In this document: one piece after another, positions 32,305-41,420 of the stretch | How positions within the stretch are numbered: position 1 is the stretch's first letter | Layout: each line of letters begins with the position of its first letter | Assembly: GCA_964463875.1 (NCBI GenBank) | Contig: CAYXEG010000001.1 | Coordinates: 13,714-77,713 of the forward strand | Length of the DNA stretch: 64,000 nt | From: an uncultured Dehalococcoidales bacterium | GTDB lineage: Bacteria > Chloroflexota > Dehalococcoidia > Dehalococcoidales > UBA2162 | Direction: 5' to 3' | Translations under genes and position numbers: made by a program | Notes under the pieces: generated by a model | The model's database searches: none | The model's input: only the letters and a program-made list of their open reading frames with translations | What the model was told of the DNA's origin: nothing

Positions 32305-33777
32305 ATGGCGAAAAAACTGCTTGAAGGCGTGAAAATATGTGATTTTACCCGGGTCATTGTCGGTCCGTTAACCACGAAAACGCTCTCCGATTACGGGGCA
32401 GAGGTAATAAAGATTGAAGGAAACAACAACCTCGATATTTTCCGGATACAGGCGACGAACCCGGATTTATCGGCGGCGTTTAACCAGTGGAATACCTGTA
32501 AAATGGGCGTAACGTTGAATCTCAACGACCCTCGGGGCAGGGATATAGCCATGAAAATCGCTGCCTGGGCGGATATCGTCGTTGAAAATTTCGCCGGAGG
32601 GGTGATTGGCAAACTTGGGCTCAGTTATGAGGAAATAAAAAAGGTGAATCCGGATGTCATCATGCTCAGTTCCTGCATGCAGGGGCAGACCGGGCCGTTT
32701 GCCCGGCACCCCGGCTGGGGATTTCAGCTTTCGGCGCTTTCCGGATTCAGCAACATAACAGGCTGGCCGGACCGCCCGCCGCCGGATATCGGGGTGTATA
32801 CCGATTTTATCACCCCCCAGTATAACGTATGCCTGCTTATCGGAGCGCTCCTGTACCGGAAGCGAACCGGGAAGGGTATGTTTATCGATACCGCCCAATT
32901 CGAGACAGGCCTGCATTTTATCGCTCCGTTGCTGCTCGACTATTTCGTCAACGGGCGGGCGGCTAACAGGATGGGAAATCAATCGGACACAGCCGCACCG
33001 CATAACGCTTACCGATGTCAGAGCGAACCGAGGTATTGTTTTATCCCGGTTAATTCGGATGATGACTGGCAGAAATTCTGCAGAGCGGCAGGACATCCGG
33101 AGTGGGCAGGTGACGCGAGATTCGCCACGCCTGAAATGAGAAGTACGAACAGAATTACCCTCAGAAAACTGGTGGAAGCGTGGGCGTCCGACTTGAACGT
33201 GGAAGATGTCATGAATAGTATGAGTCCTGTGGGAATAACAGTCGAAAGACTGTTGGATGCCGGCGGTTATGACGAGACGGATAACGTCTATCGGTGCAAG
33301 GATGAGGAACGATGGTGTGCTATTGCGGTGACGACCGACGAAGAATGGCGAAATTTCTGTGAGGTAATCGGAAATCCTGCCTGGACGAAAGACAGCCGCT
33401 TTGCGACGCTGGCGGCGAGGAAGGAAAACGAAGAGGAACTGGACCGACTGGTCGAAACCTGGACGACCGGGTACCTTGCGTTCGATATCATGAACCTGAT
33501 GCAGAACGGCGGTGTGCCGGCGGGGGTCGTCGAGACCGGTGAAGACCAGCTCGAACATGACCTACAGACGAGGCACCGCAAGCTTTTCCGGGAAGTCGAA
33601 CATCCGAGAATGGGCAAACTTCACTCCGTGTCATCGCCGTTTCAACTTTCGAAGGTTGACTGCGAACTGACGACCTCGCCCCTGCTCGGGGAACACAACG
33701 AATATGTGTTGAAAGAGATACTCGGTTATTCGGACGATGAAGTAGCTGAATTCGTCATCGATGGCGTGCTGGGGTAG
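32305..33777 (+). CDS. Family III CoA-transferase with internally duplicated ~93-aa segment
   Basis: The ATG at 32305 follows GGGAGAGAG. LEGVKICDFTRVIVGPLTTKTLSDYGAEVIKIE. It has two tandem copies of the YRC..E.R.C.I.V..D..W..FC...G.P.W..D.RFAT block. Confidence 0.8.
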   Translation: MAKKLLEGVKICDFTRVIVGPLTTKTLSDYGAEVIKIEGNNNLDIFRIQATNPDLSAAFNQWNTCKMGVTLNLNDPRGRDIAMKIAAWADIVVENFAGGVIGKLGLSYEEIKKVNPDVIMLSSCMQGQTGPFARHPGWGFQLSALSGFSNITGWPDRPPPDIGVYTDFITPQYNVCLLIGALLYRKRTGKGMFIDTAQFETGLHFIAPLLLDYFVNGRAANRMGNQSDTAAPHNAYRCQSEPRYCFIPVNSDDDWQKFCRAAGHPEWAGDARFATPEMRSTNRITLRKLVEAWASDLNVEDVMNSMSPVGITVERLLDAGGYDETDNVYRCKDEERWCAIAVTTDEEWRNFCEVIGNPAWTKDSRFATLAARKENEEELDRLVETWTTGYLAFDIMNLMQNGGVPAGVVETGEDQLEHDLQTRHRKLFREVEHPRMGKLHSVSSPFQLSKVDCELTTSPLLGEHNEYVLKEILGYSDDEVAEFVIDGVLG

Positions 33778-33877
33778 GTATACTTTTTTTATTATTCACT
33801 CTGGAAGTGTTACAATAGTACACTAACTGACCATGATGCAATAATCGCATTCTGATGGGAATGAAAGGAGTTACAAT

Positions 33878-35086
33878 ATGGATTTTTCCCTGTCGCCACA
33901 AGAACTGGCTTTCAAAAAAGAGGTCAATGACTGGCTTGACGAACACATGAAGGAACTGCCGAAATGGTGGGGTAAAAACGACGGTTCGGAGCCGGAACCG
34001 GAATCAGAAGAATACCGTGCGTTCAGTACCGGCTGGCACAAAAAACTGTACGATGCCGGGTTTGTCGGCATTGCCTGGCCGAAGGAATACGGAGGCCGGG
34101 GAGCGACCCTGATGGAGCAGGTTATTTTCAACGAGGAAATGGCCAAGCGACACGCTCCGACCGGTGCCGGGGGCCTTGGGGTTGGCTGGGCTGGCCCGAC
34201 CATCATTGCCGCCGGGACTGAGGAACAGAAGAAACGTTTCCTGCCGAAGATTCTCAATGGAGAAGAGTTCTGGTGTCAGGCCTTTTCCGAACCTGAAGCA
34301 GGCTCTGACTTGAAAAATATCCAGACAAAAGCCGTTGAAGATGGTGATTATTACGTTATCAACGGACAAAAGGTATGGACAACGGGTGGAATGAGGGCGG
34401 ACTGGGCAATTCTACTGGCGAGAACCAATTTCGACCCGAATATTCCGAAACAACGTGGTATCAGTTATTTCCTGCTCGATATGCATGCCCCGGGCGTCAT
34501 GGTGCGGCCGTTGAAGGAAATGCACGGCGAGGCGCTGTTTGGCGAAACATTCCTTGATGACGTCCGAATTCACAAAAGCCTCATGGTGGGAGAGAAGAAT
34601 CGGGGTTTTTATATCTCGATGGGAACGTTCGAGTTCGAACGCTCCAATTCAAGTACCGCAATCGGTATCCTGACGACAATCGATAATATGATAAAACTGG
34701 CAAAAACCATGAAACGTAATTCGGCGGCGTTGTCTGACGACCCGGAGGTCCGACAAAAAATCGCCCGGTTCTATATTGAAGCCAACGTAGCGAAATATAT
34801 CGGCCTGCGCGCCCTGACCCGTCAGCTTCGGGGGATGACTCCCGGTCCGGAAAGTTCGGTCGGAAGCCTGCTCATCATGGAAATGGGGCAGCGTATTCAG
34901 GATTTTGCCATGTCGCTCCAGGGACCGTACAGCCGTCTCACGAGAGGCTCGAAATACGCAGTTGAAAACGGCCGATGGCAGCGGAGTTATCTGTCAGCCC
35001 GCGGAGATACGATTATGACCGGTACCTCGGAAATCAAGAGAAACATTATCGCCGAAAGAATCCTGGGACTCCCCAGGTGGGTCTAG
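33878..35086 (+). CDS. Acyl-CoA dehydrogenase family protein (FadE-like)
   Basis: FSEPEAGSDLKNIQTKAVEDGDYYVINGQKVWTTGG. The C-terminal TIMTGTSEIKRNIIAERILGLP has Thr where MCAD-type enzymes have the catalytic Glu of YEGT. Confidence 0.85.
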   Translation: MDFSLSPQELAFKKEVNDWLDEHMKELPKWWGKNDGSEPEPESEEYRAFSTGWHKKLYDAGFVGIAWPKEYGGRGATLMEQVIFNEEMAKRHAPTGAGGLGVGWAGPTIIAAGTEEQKKRFLPKILNGEEFWCQAFSEPEAGSDLKNIQTKAVEDGDYYVINGQKVWTTGGMRADWAILLARTNFDPNIPKQRGISYFLLDMHAPGVMVRPLKEMHGEALFGETFLDDVRIHKSLMVGEKNRGFYISMGTFEFERSNSSTAIGILTTIDNMIKLAKTMKRNSAALSDDPEVRQKIARFYIEANVAKYIGLRALTRQLRGMTPGPESSVGSLLIMEMGQRIQDFAMSLQGPYSRLTRGSKYAVENGRWQRSYLSARGDTIMTGTSEIKRNIIAERILGLPRWV

Positions 35087-35104
35087 GAGAAAGGAAAACT
35101 ACCG

Positions 35105-36241
35105 ATGAATTTTGAACTCGATGAAGAACAGGTAATGCTGAAAACCTCTGCCAGGGAATTCATGGATAAGGAATGTCCCAGAGAACATGTCCGGGCGATG
35201 ATGGAAGACAAAACGGGATATTCTCCCGAGTTATGGAAAAAAATGGCTGATTTGGGATGGCTGGGGATTTCCTTCCCGGAACAGTATGGCGGCGCGGAAT
35301 TTTCCTTCCTTGAACTGGCGGTCGTTCTGGAGGAATGCGGTCGCGCGCTTCTCCCCGGTCCGTTGATGCCGACAGTCGTCCAGGTCGGGCGAACCATTCT
35401 CGCCGCTGGTACTGAAGAGCAAAAACAAAAATTTCTTCCGAAGATGATAAACGGACAGGCAATTTACACGCCGGCATTTCTTGAGAAAAACGGCAGTATC
35501 GATGCTCCCGGAATAACGGCTACTGCCATCCCGAGAGGTGATGATTATGCTATAAACGGTACGAAACTGTTCGTTCAGGATGCCCATATTGCTGACTATA
35601 TTCTCTGCGTGACACGGACTTCTGATAGTACCGAAAACGAAGAAGGAATAACCCTTTTCATGGTCGATGCGAAAAGCCCCGGAATTCGGGTCGAAGTATT
35701 AGCAACCATGACAGGAGAAAAACTGTGTGAAGTAGTATTCGATAATGTTGTCGTGCCGGGCAATAATGTCATCGGCGAAGTCGGTAAAGGCTGGCCGGTC
35801 GTCGAAAGGATGAAGTCCGAAGCAGCCGTTGCCGAAGCAGCCTGGATGACCGGCGGTGCCCGGTGGGTACTGGAAACATCGATTGATTACGCGAAAGAGC
35901 GAATCGCCTTCGGTCGGCCGATAGGCAGTTTCCAGGCGATTCAGCACAAACTTGCCAACATGGCCCTCGAAGTGGAGGGAGCAACCTCTATCATGTATTA
36001 TGCTGCCTGGACGATATCAGAGAATACCGATGATATACCGATGGCGGCTTCGATGGCAAAATCATGGTGCGGCGAAACCTATAAACACGCGGCTGCCGAT
36101 GGGGTTCAGGTTCACGGAGGTATCGGGTTTACCTGGGACCATGATATGCATCTCTACTTCAAGAGAGCCGCATCAGCCGAAGTATCTTTCGGTGACGGGT
36201 ATTACCACCGGGAAAACGTCGCCCGGTTACTGAAAATTTAA
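35105..36241 (+). CDS. Acyl-CoA dehydrogenase family protein (FadE-like, partner subunit?)
   Basis: ERIAFGRPIGSFQAIQHKLANMALEVE and GGIGFTWDHDMHLYFKRA. It lies 18 nt after the preceding ACAD gene. Confidence 0.85.
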   Translation: MNFELDEEQVMLKTSAREFMDKECPREHVRAMMEDKTGYSPELWKKMADLGWLGISFPEQYGGAEFSFLELAVVLEECGRALLPGPLMPTVVQVGRTILAAGTEEQKQKFLPKMINGQAIYTPAFLEKNGSIDAPGITATAIPRGDDYAINGTKLFVQDAHIADYILCVTRTSDSTENEEGITLFMVDAKSPGIRVEVLATMTGEKLCEVVFDNVVVPGNNVIGEVGKGWPVVERMKSEAAVAEAAWMTGGARWVLETSIDYAKERIAFGRPIGSFQAIQHKLANMALEVEGATSIMYYAAWTISENTDDIPMAASMAKSWCGETYKHAAADGVQVHGGIGFTWDHDMHLYFKRAASAEVSFGDGYYHRENVARLLKI

Positions 36242-36263
36242 AAAAAATAGAAGGAGAAGTAGA

Positions 36264-37043
36264 ATGTCTATTGATTACGTAAAAGAAGGTCATATAGCAA
36301 CCTTCACCATCAACAACCCGGAAGTAATGAACGCCCTGACGCCTACCCAGGTGGCGGAGTGGACGGATGCCCTGATTGATTTCCGTGACGACAAGAATTT
36401 ATGGGTCGGCATCGTTACCGGCGCCGGCGAAAAAGCTTTCTGCACCGGATTGAACCTGAGAGCTGCCGGAGGCGGTGCACCAGGTCAGGGTCCGGCTCAG
36501 GGAACACGGCCGATACCCAAAGAAACACTGGTTAAAGGCCTGAAGCTGTATAAACCTCTGATTGCTGCTGTCAACGGATACGCCCTTGGCGGCGGACTTG
36601 AGATTGCCTTGGCATGCGATATCAGGGTTGCTTCCGAAAACGCTCAGCTTGGCTTGACCGAGGTAACACTGGGGTTAATCCCGGGATGGGGCGGCTCTCA
36701 GCGACTTCCGAGGTTGATTCCGTTCGGTCTGGCAGCCGAGATGATGCTCATGGGACGTCGTGTCAAAGCTGATGAAGCCCTCAGAATCGGCCTCGTCCAT
36801 GAGGTTGTTCCCCAGGCTGAACTAATGAAAGCCGTCAAAGCCCGCGCTGAAAAGATGTGTGAATCCGCTCCGCTGGCTATGCAGGCGGTCAAGGAAGCCA
36901 TGCTCAGAGGTATCGACATGGAGCTGATGGACGCCCTGAACCTTGAAGGCGAACTTGGCAGAAGCGTCGTCTCCTCGAAGGATTTCGCGGAAGGCAGAAC
37001 AGCCTTCGTGGAAAAGAGAAAACCGAATTATAAGGGAGAATAA
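36264..37043 (+). CDS. Enoyl-CoA hydratase/isomerase (crotonase) family; paralogue of 30143
   Basis: AAVNGYALGGGLEIALACDIRVAS...GLIPGWGGSQRL. It carries a short Gly/Pro/Gln-rich loop, AAGGGAPGQGPAQGT. Confidence 0.9.
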   Translation: MSIDYVKEGHIATFTINNPEVMNALTPTQVAEWTDALIDFRDDKNLWVGIVTGAGEKAFCTGLNLRAAGGGAPGQGPAQGTRPIPKETLVKGLKLYKPLIAAVNGYALGGGLEIALACDIRVASENAQLGLTEVTLGLIPGWGGSQRLPRLIPFGLAAEMMLMGRRVKADEALRIGLVHEVVPQAELMKAVKARAEKMCESAPLAMQAVKEAMLRGIDMELMDALNLEGELGRSVVSSKDFAEGRTAFVEKRKPNYKGE

Positions 37044-37087
37044 ACCCTGGGAAAACAGGGTGTGTTAATAGGAACGGAGGAACTTGA

Positions 37088-38236
37088 ATGATTTTGAAAG
37101 ATTTCAGTGACAAAGCGGCAATTGTCGGCGTCGGGTACACCGAAAAACAGGGTACCGTCCCCGGCAGGAGCAATATAAGCTTTGCCCAGGAAGCCGCGAA
37201 GAACGCCATCGAAGACGCCGGCTTGAAGAAAGATGACATCGATGGCTTGTTAATCCAGCCGACAATGGGAATGCAGTCCTATTCGGTCGCGGCCAAGCTC
37301 GGTCTGAACAACCTTAAACTGCTGGCGAACGAGGATGTCATGGGCGGTACGGCGCCCTGCATCACCGCCCATGCCATGTATGCGGTAGCGACGGGACAGT
37401 GTAAATATGTGATGTGCCTGTACGGCTGCACCGATAAATCGCGGGGGATGATGCTCGGCGGTGGTGGAATGGGGCCGATGGGTACCGGACCGGCGTATGG
37501 TATCTTCGGGGCGAACATGGAATACGCTCTGGCAGCCCGCCGGGCAATGCACGAGTTCGGAACCGGGCCGGATACCTGGGTTGAAATCGCTATGTCACAG
37601 AGGAAGTGGGCGAACCTCAATCCGAGAGCCTTCTTCTACGATAAACCGTTAACAAGGGAAGATTATTTCAATGAGCCTTGGGTTGCAGAACCGTTCAGGC
37701 GCATCGACTGCTGCCTGGTCAGCGATGGCGGGAGAGCCTACATCGTAACAACCGCCGAACGGGCGAAAGCCCTCAAGCAGCCTCCGGTGTATATCGCCGG
37801 TGTCGGGCAGAACCACCATACTCCTGAAATAGAGCAATCTCATCACATGACCGGTCCGACGGGAGCCCAGCAATCCGGCAAGATGGCGATGGAGATGGCC
37901 GGAATCACAGTAAAAGATATCGATGCCTGTGAAATTTACGACTGCTTCACCTATACCGTTGAAGTTACCATGCAGAGCTACGGTTTCTTCGAGAGAGGCG
38001 GAGGCTACGATTTCTTCAAGAACGGCCGTACCGGACCCGGCGGAGAGTTCCCGGTCAATACATCGGGCGGACTCCTTTCCGAGGTTTACTACATGGGATT
38101 CACCCCTCTTACCGAAGGCGTCATGCAGTTGAGGGGGCAGTGCGGCGAGAGACAGGCCAAAGGTCTAAAACATATTCTGTGCAGTGGCAACGGCGGTATC
38201 CTTCAGACCCACGGCACGGTGATTTTAAGGAGTTAG
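37088..38236 (+). CDS. Thiolase-fold protein of the SCP-x / lipid-transfer (Ltp) type
   Basis: 382 aa. KAAIVGVGYTEKQGTVPGRS..., ...CLVSDGGRAYIVT..., ...NTSGGLLSE... It is followed by a DUF35 gene, as in known thiolase/aldolase-DUF35 pairs. Confidence 0.8.
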   Translation: MILKDFSDKAAIVGVGYTEKQGTVPGRSNISFAQEAAKNAIEDAGLKKDDIDGLLIQPTMGMQSYSVAAKLGLNNLKLLANEDVMGGTAPCITAHAMYAVATGQCKYVMCLYGCTDKSRGMMLGGGGMGPMGTGPAYGIFGANMEYALAARRAMHEFGTGPDTWVEIAMSQRKWANLNPRAFFYDKPLTREDYFNEPWVAEPFRRIDCCLVSDGGRAYIVTTAERAKALKQPPVYIAGVGQNHHTPEIEQSHHMTGPTGAQQSGKMAMEMAGITVKDIDACEIYDCFTYTVEVTMQSYGFFERGGGYDFFKNGRTGPGGEFPVNTSGGLLSEVYYMGFTPLTEGVMQLRGQCGERQAKGLKHILCSGNGGILQTHGTVILRS

Positions 38237-38240
38237 CGCA

Positions 38241-38654
38241 ATGATGAGAAACGCCAATCAGAAACCAATACCGACGATAACCCCGGAGAACAAACCGTTC
38301 TGGGGCTACATGAAACAGCATGAGTTCCGGGTACAGCGGTGCAAAGAATGCGGCAAGCTGTTCTATCCGCCGAGCGAATACTGCCTCCACTGCCTCGGTC
38401 ATGATACGGAGTGGGTAAAACTCAGCGGCAAGGGTAAGGTCTTCAGCTTTGCGATTGTCCGGCGCGCCGGTATGCCGGCTTTTGCCGCCGAAATACCCTA
38501 CGTTGTGGCAATCATCGAGACCGAAGAAGGTATCCGCTACAGCTCGAACGTTATCGGATGTGACCCAGACAAAGTGTACATCGATATGCCTGTCGAAGTC
38601 GTTTTCGAGGACGTTAACCCCGAATTTACCCTGCCGAAGTTTAAACCGGTGTAA
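38241..38654 (+). CDS. DUF35 Zn-ribbon / OB-fold protein (thiolase partner)
   Basis: 137 aa. The CKECGKLFYPPSEYCLHC zinc ribbon is followed by an OB-fold-like region. It starts 4 nt after the thiolase stop. Confidence 0.85.
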   Translation: MMRNANQKPIPTITPENKPFWGYMKQHEFRVQRCKECGKLFYPPSEYCLHCLGHDTEWVKLSGKGKVFSFAIVRRAGMPAFAAEIPYVVAIIETEEGIRYSSNVIGCDPDKVYIDMPVEVVFEDVNPEFTLPKFKPV

Positions 38655-38681
38655 CAATTATTCGCTTTACATGAAAAAAAA

Positions 38682-38709
38682 CGGGCGCCCGAAGCATAAC
38701 GGACGCCCG
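38682..38709. terminator. Bidirectional terminator between convergent genes
   Basis: A-run, CGGGCGCCCG...CGGACGCCCG stem (one mismatch), then TTTACTTTTC. Confidence 0.7.
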
Positions 38710-38733
38710 CTTTACTTTTCCTCTGTTGATGTA

Positions 38734-39204
38734 TCAGTCTTTCTGTAAAAAAGGTGGGGTATAATCCAGCCCGAGTAAATTTCTTGCCTTGGTCTGAAGT
38801 TTGGAGAGAAGGACTCTCAGTGCTTCTTTTTCCTTGTCGTCGAGAGCATCGAAAATCAGTATGATTGAGCGTTCGGTAACCGTGTTTTCATAAATATCTT
38901 TCCCTTTTTCAGTCAGGGCGATGTAGGCACGGGAATCTCCCGGCCTCTTGATTTTTTCGACCAGTCCCTTTTTTAACATCCTGTTGACGAGGGTTGTTAC
39001 CGAGTTTAGTTCTCTAATGGAGACTTCTGCAATCTGATTTAACGTCATCAGTTCCTTGTTGTTGTATATCATATGCATGATTTTTACTTGCGACTGGCTC
39101 ATGTTATATTGCCCGAGTTCCAGCTTGATGGCTTTCTGTATGGAATCCCGGGTTGAGTCAAGTAACGCATTCAATGCAATCCTGGGATCACTGGCTTTTG
39201 ACAT
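38734..39204 (-). CDS. MarR-family transcriptional regulator; paralogue of 22545..23051
   Basis: Starting at MSKASDPRIALNALL (ATG 39204) it aligns end-to-end with the first MarR, including the shared tail LLGL.Y.PPFLQK. Confidence 0.85.
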   Translation of the reverse strand: MSKASDPRIALNALLDSTRDSIQKAIKLELGQYNMSQSQVKIMHMIYNNKELMTLNQIAEVSIRELNSVTTLVNRMLKKGLVEKIKRPGDSRAYIALTEKGKDIYENTVTERSIILIFDALDDKEKEALRVLLSKLQTKARNLLGLDYTPPFLQKD

Positions 39205-39542
39205 AACAATTCCTTTTAATAATATATATTTCTTTGCTGTATGGCTGTTCGACTTGACGTAATCCACGCTGGATTTCAAGCTTTTCATCCAGGTTCCGGA
39301 CTGTTTTTCATAGAAAATTTTCTTAAAGTAATGAAATGGAACCCACGCTATTCTCTTGATATTATAATGAAGATAAATCGTGGTAAAGTCAATGATATTT
39401 TTATTTTCGTGAAATTATTACGAACGAAAGAAAAAAGGGAAGTACTGCATTTCATCAGGGTGAATGGTTGCCAAGTATTGTTGAAAGACTAATCTCCAAC
39501 CCCTTTTGAAATCTGGAATTCTGTTGCCTCTTTGATAGGTCA

Positions 39543-40283
39543 ATGATAATATTGGCTATGGTTAAAAATCCTCAACTGGCGGAAATTACCTGGTATCATT
39601 CTCCTAAAGCGAAATCTTTAACTGAAAAACACTACTTTCCACATCGGATTGTCCATTCACGGTTAGCCGATTACCTGGCTGGTGGGGGGTGTGACGATAG
39701 TTCAACAATTCTTGATATTGGCTGCGGTTCAGGAAGGGAAACCGAGTTTATCGGACCCATATCCTCAAAGATTACAGGAATCGACATTTCGCAATCGGCT
39801 ATCGGGGCTTTTATCAAAAAAGGATTCGATGGCATTCTGGCAGACGTCAAATCCCTGCCTTTTCCCGATGAATCATTCGATTTTGTCATCTGTCCGGAAA
39901 TCCTTCATCATTTAAGAGGGCAGGGCGCACTGACCGATTTTCTCATCGAATTCAGCCGGGTTCTGAAACGAAACGGAGTACTGATTACCGTCGAACCTAA
40001 TGCGTTCAATCTTTCAGGAATACTGATGAATGTAGCTAACACGATAAAACCCGGCATCACCGGACTGGTTCCCCATGAGAGAGCCTTGTCTCCCACCGGG
40101 TTGAAAAAGGCTTTTCGGAAAGCCGGCTTGACCAACGTTACCTGTATTGCCGCTTCGTATGTATGGAACCGCTTTCCTCTTTGTGTTTCACGGTTTATCG
40201 CAGAACATGAAAACTCCATCAGGTTCAAAAAACCATTCAGTTATTTCGGCTGGTTCTCGATTGTCTCGGGCCGGAAGATCTGA
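39543..40283 (+). CDS. Class I SAM-dependent methyltransferase
   Basis: ILDIGCGSGRE (motif I) and FDFVICPEILHHL. Confidence 0.8.
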   Translation: MIILAMVKNPQLAEITWYHSPKAKSLTEKHYFPHRIVHSRLADYLAGGGCDDSSTILDIGCGSGRETEFIGPISSKITGIDISQSAIGAFIKKGFDGILADVKSLPFPDESFDFVICPEILHHLRGQGALTDFLIEFSRVLKRNGVLITVEPNAFNLSGILMNVANTIKPGITGLVPHERALSPTGLKKAFRKAGLTNVTCIAASYVWNRFPLCVSRFIAEHENSIRFKKPFSYFGWFSIVSGRKI

Positions 40284-40395
40284 GGCTGCTCTCCCGTGTT
40301 CCTCTTTATAGTAGTATTCTGTATTCCTCTTGTGCCTTATGATAAACTGGTACGTGAAATACCACTGATGCAGCTTCAGGAGGCAGCAGAGTAAA

Positions 40396-41394
40396 ATGTC
40401 TGAAGATTACAGAAAAGACTTCAACGGAAAAACCGTTCTGGTGACCGGAGGAGCAGGGTGTGTCGGTTCGAACCTGTGTAAAAAACTGGCAGAACTCGAC
40501 GCGAATGTGATTATTCTCGATAACCTGTCTTCAGCCTATATCTGGAATATTCCGGATAATCCGAAAATCAGCTTTATCGAAGGCGATATTCTCGATGATG
40601 AAGTACTGAAGAGGGTGTTCAGGGAAAAGCCGGACTACGTTTACCACCTGGCGGCGCACTTTGCGAACCAGAATTCCGTCGATGAGCCTGAAACAGACCT
40701 CATGGTTAACGGTCTGGGCATTCTGAAGGTGCTCCAGTATGCAAGCATGGGAAACGTTAAACGGTTCGTCTATTCTTCGTCTGGGTGCGGCGTGTACGGG
40801 CTTGAATCAAGGATGCCGTTCGAAGAGCATGATATCTCCATCAGTTTGCATACGCCCTACCAGGTGACCAAGCTGCTCGGTGAACTGTACACCAATTACT
40901 TTCATAATCTCTATAAACTGCCGATAGTGAACGCGCGGTTCTTCAATGTCTTCGGCCCCGGCGAAGTGCCGGGTAAGTACCGGAATGTCATTCCCAACTT
41001 CTTTTACTGGTCGATGAACGGGCAGGCGCTGCCGATTACCGGTGACGGCTCGGAGACGAGGGACTGGACGTACGTCGAGGACATCGTCAACGGACTGCTG
41101 GCGATGGGAATAAAAGAAGAAGCAATCGGCGAGGCCATCAACCTTGGTTCCGGGAAGGAACACCGGGTAATCGATATGGCCAGTCTCGTTAACGGGCTTA
41201 CCGGTAATAAGGCCGGAATACGCTTCGCTCAGCGAAGGAACTGGGACGTAAAAACAAGGCTGCTGTCATCCATCGGTAAGGCGACCAGACTGCTGGGGTA
41301 TCAACCACAAACCTCATTCGAGGATGGTCTGAAAAACACATATACATGGTTTACAAAGAACTGGGATGATATCCGGGAATCGGCGGAGTTTTAG
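40396..41394 (+). CDS. NAD-dependent nucleotide-sugar epimerase/dehydratase (extended SDR)
   Basis: VLVTGGAGCVGSNL, YQVTK (YxxxK), NARFFNVFGPG. Confidence 0.85.
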   Translation: MSEDYRKDFNGKTVLVTGGAGCVGSNLCKKLAELDANVIILDNLSSAYIWNIPDNPKISFIEGDILDDEVLKRVFREKPDYVYHLAAHFANQNSVDEPETDLMVNGLGILKVLQYASMGNVKRFVYSSSGCGVYGLESRMPFEEHDISISLHTPYQVTKLLGELYTNYFHNLYKLPIVNARFFNVFGPGEVPGKYRNVIPNFFYWSMNGQALPITGDGSETRDWTYVEDIVNGLLAMGIKEEAIGEAINLGSGKEHRVIDMASLVNGLTGNKAGIRFAQRRNWDVKTRLLSSIGKATRLLGYQPQTSFEDGLKNTYTWFTKNWDDIRESAEF

Positions 41395-41420
41395 GGAAAA
41401 AATTACCGGCAGGCAGGCGC

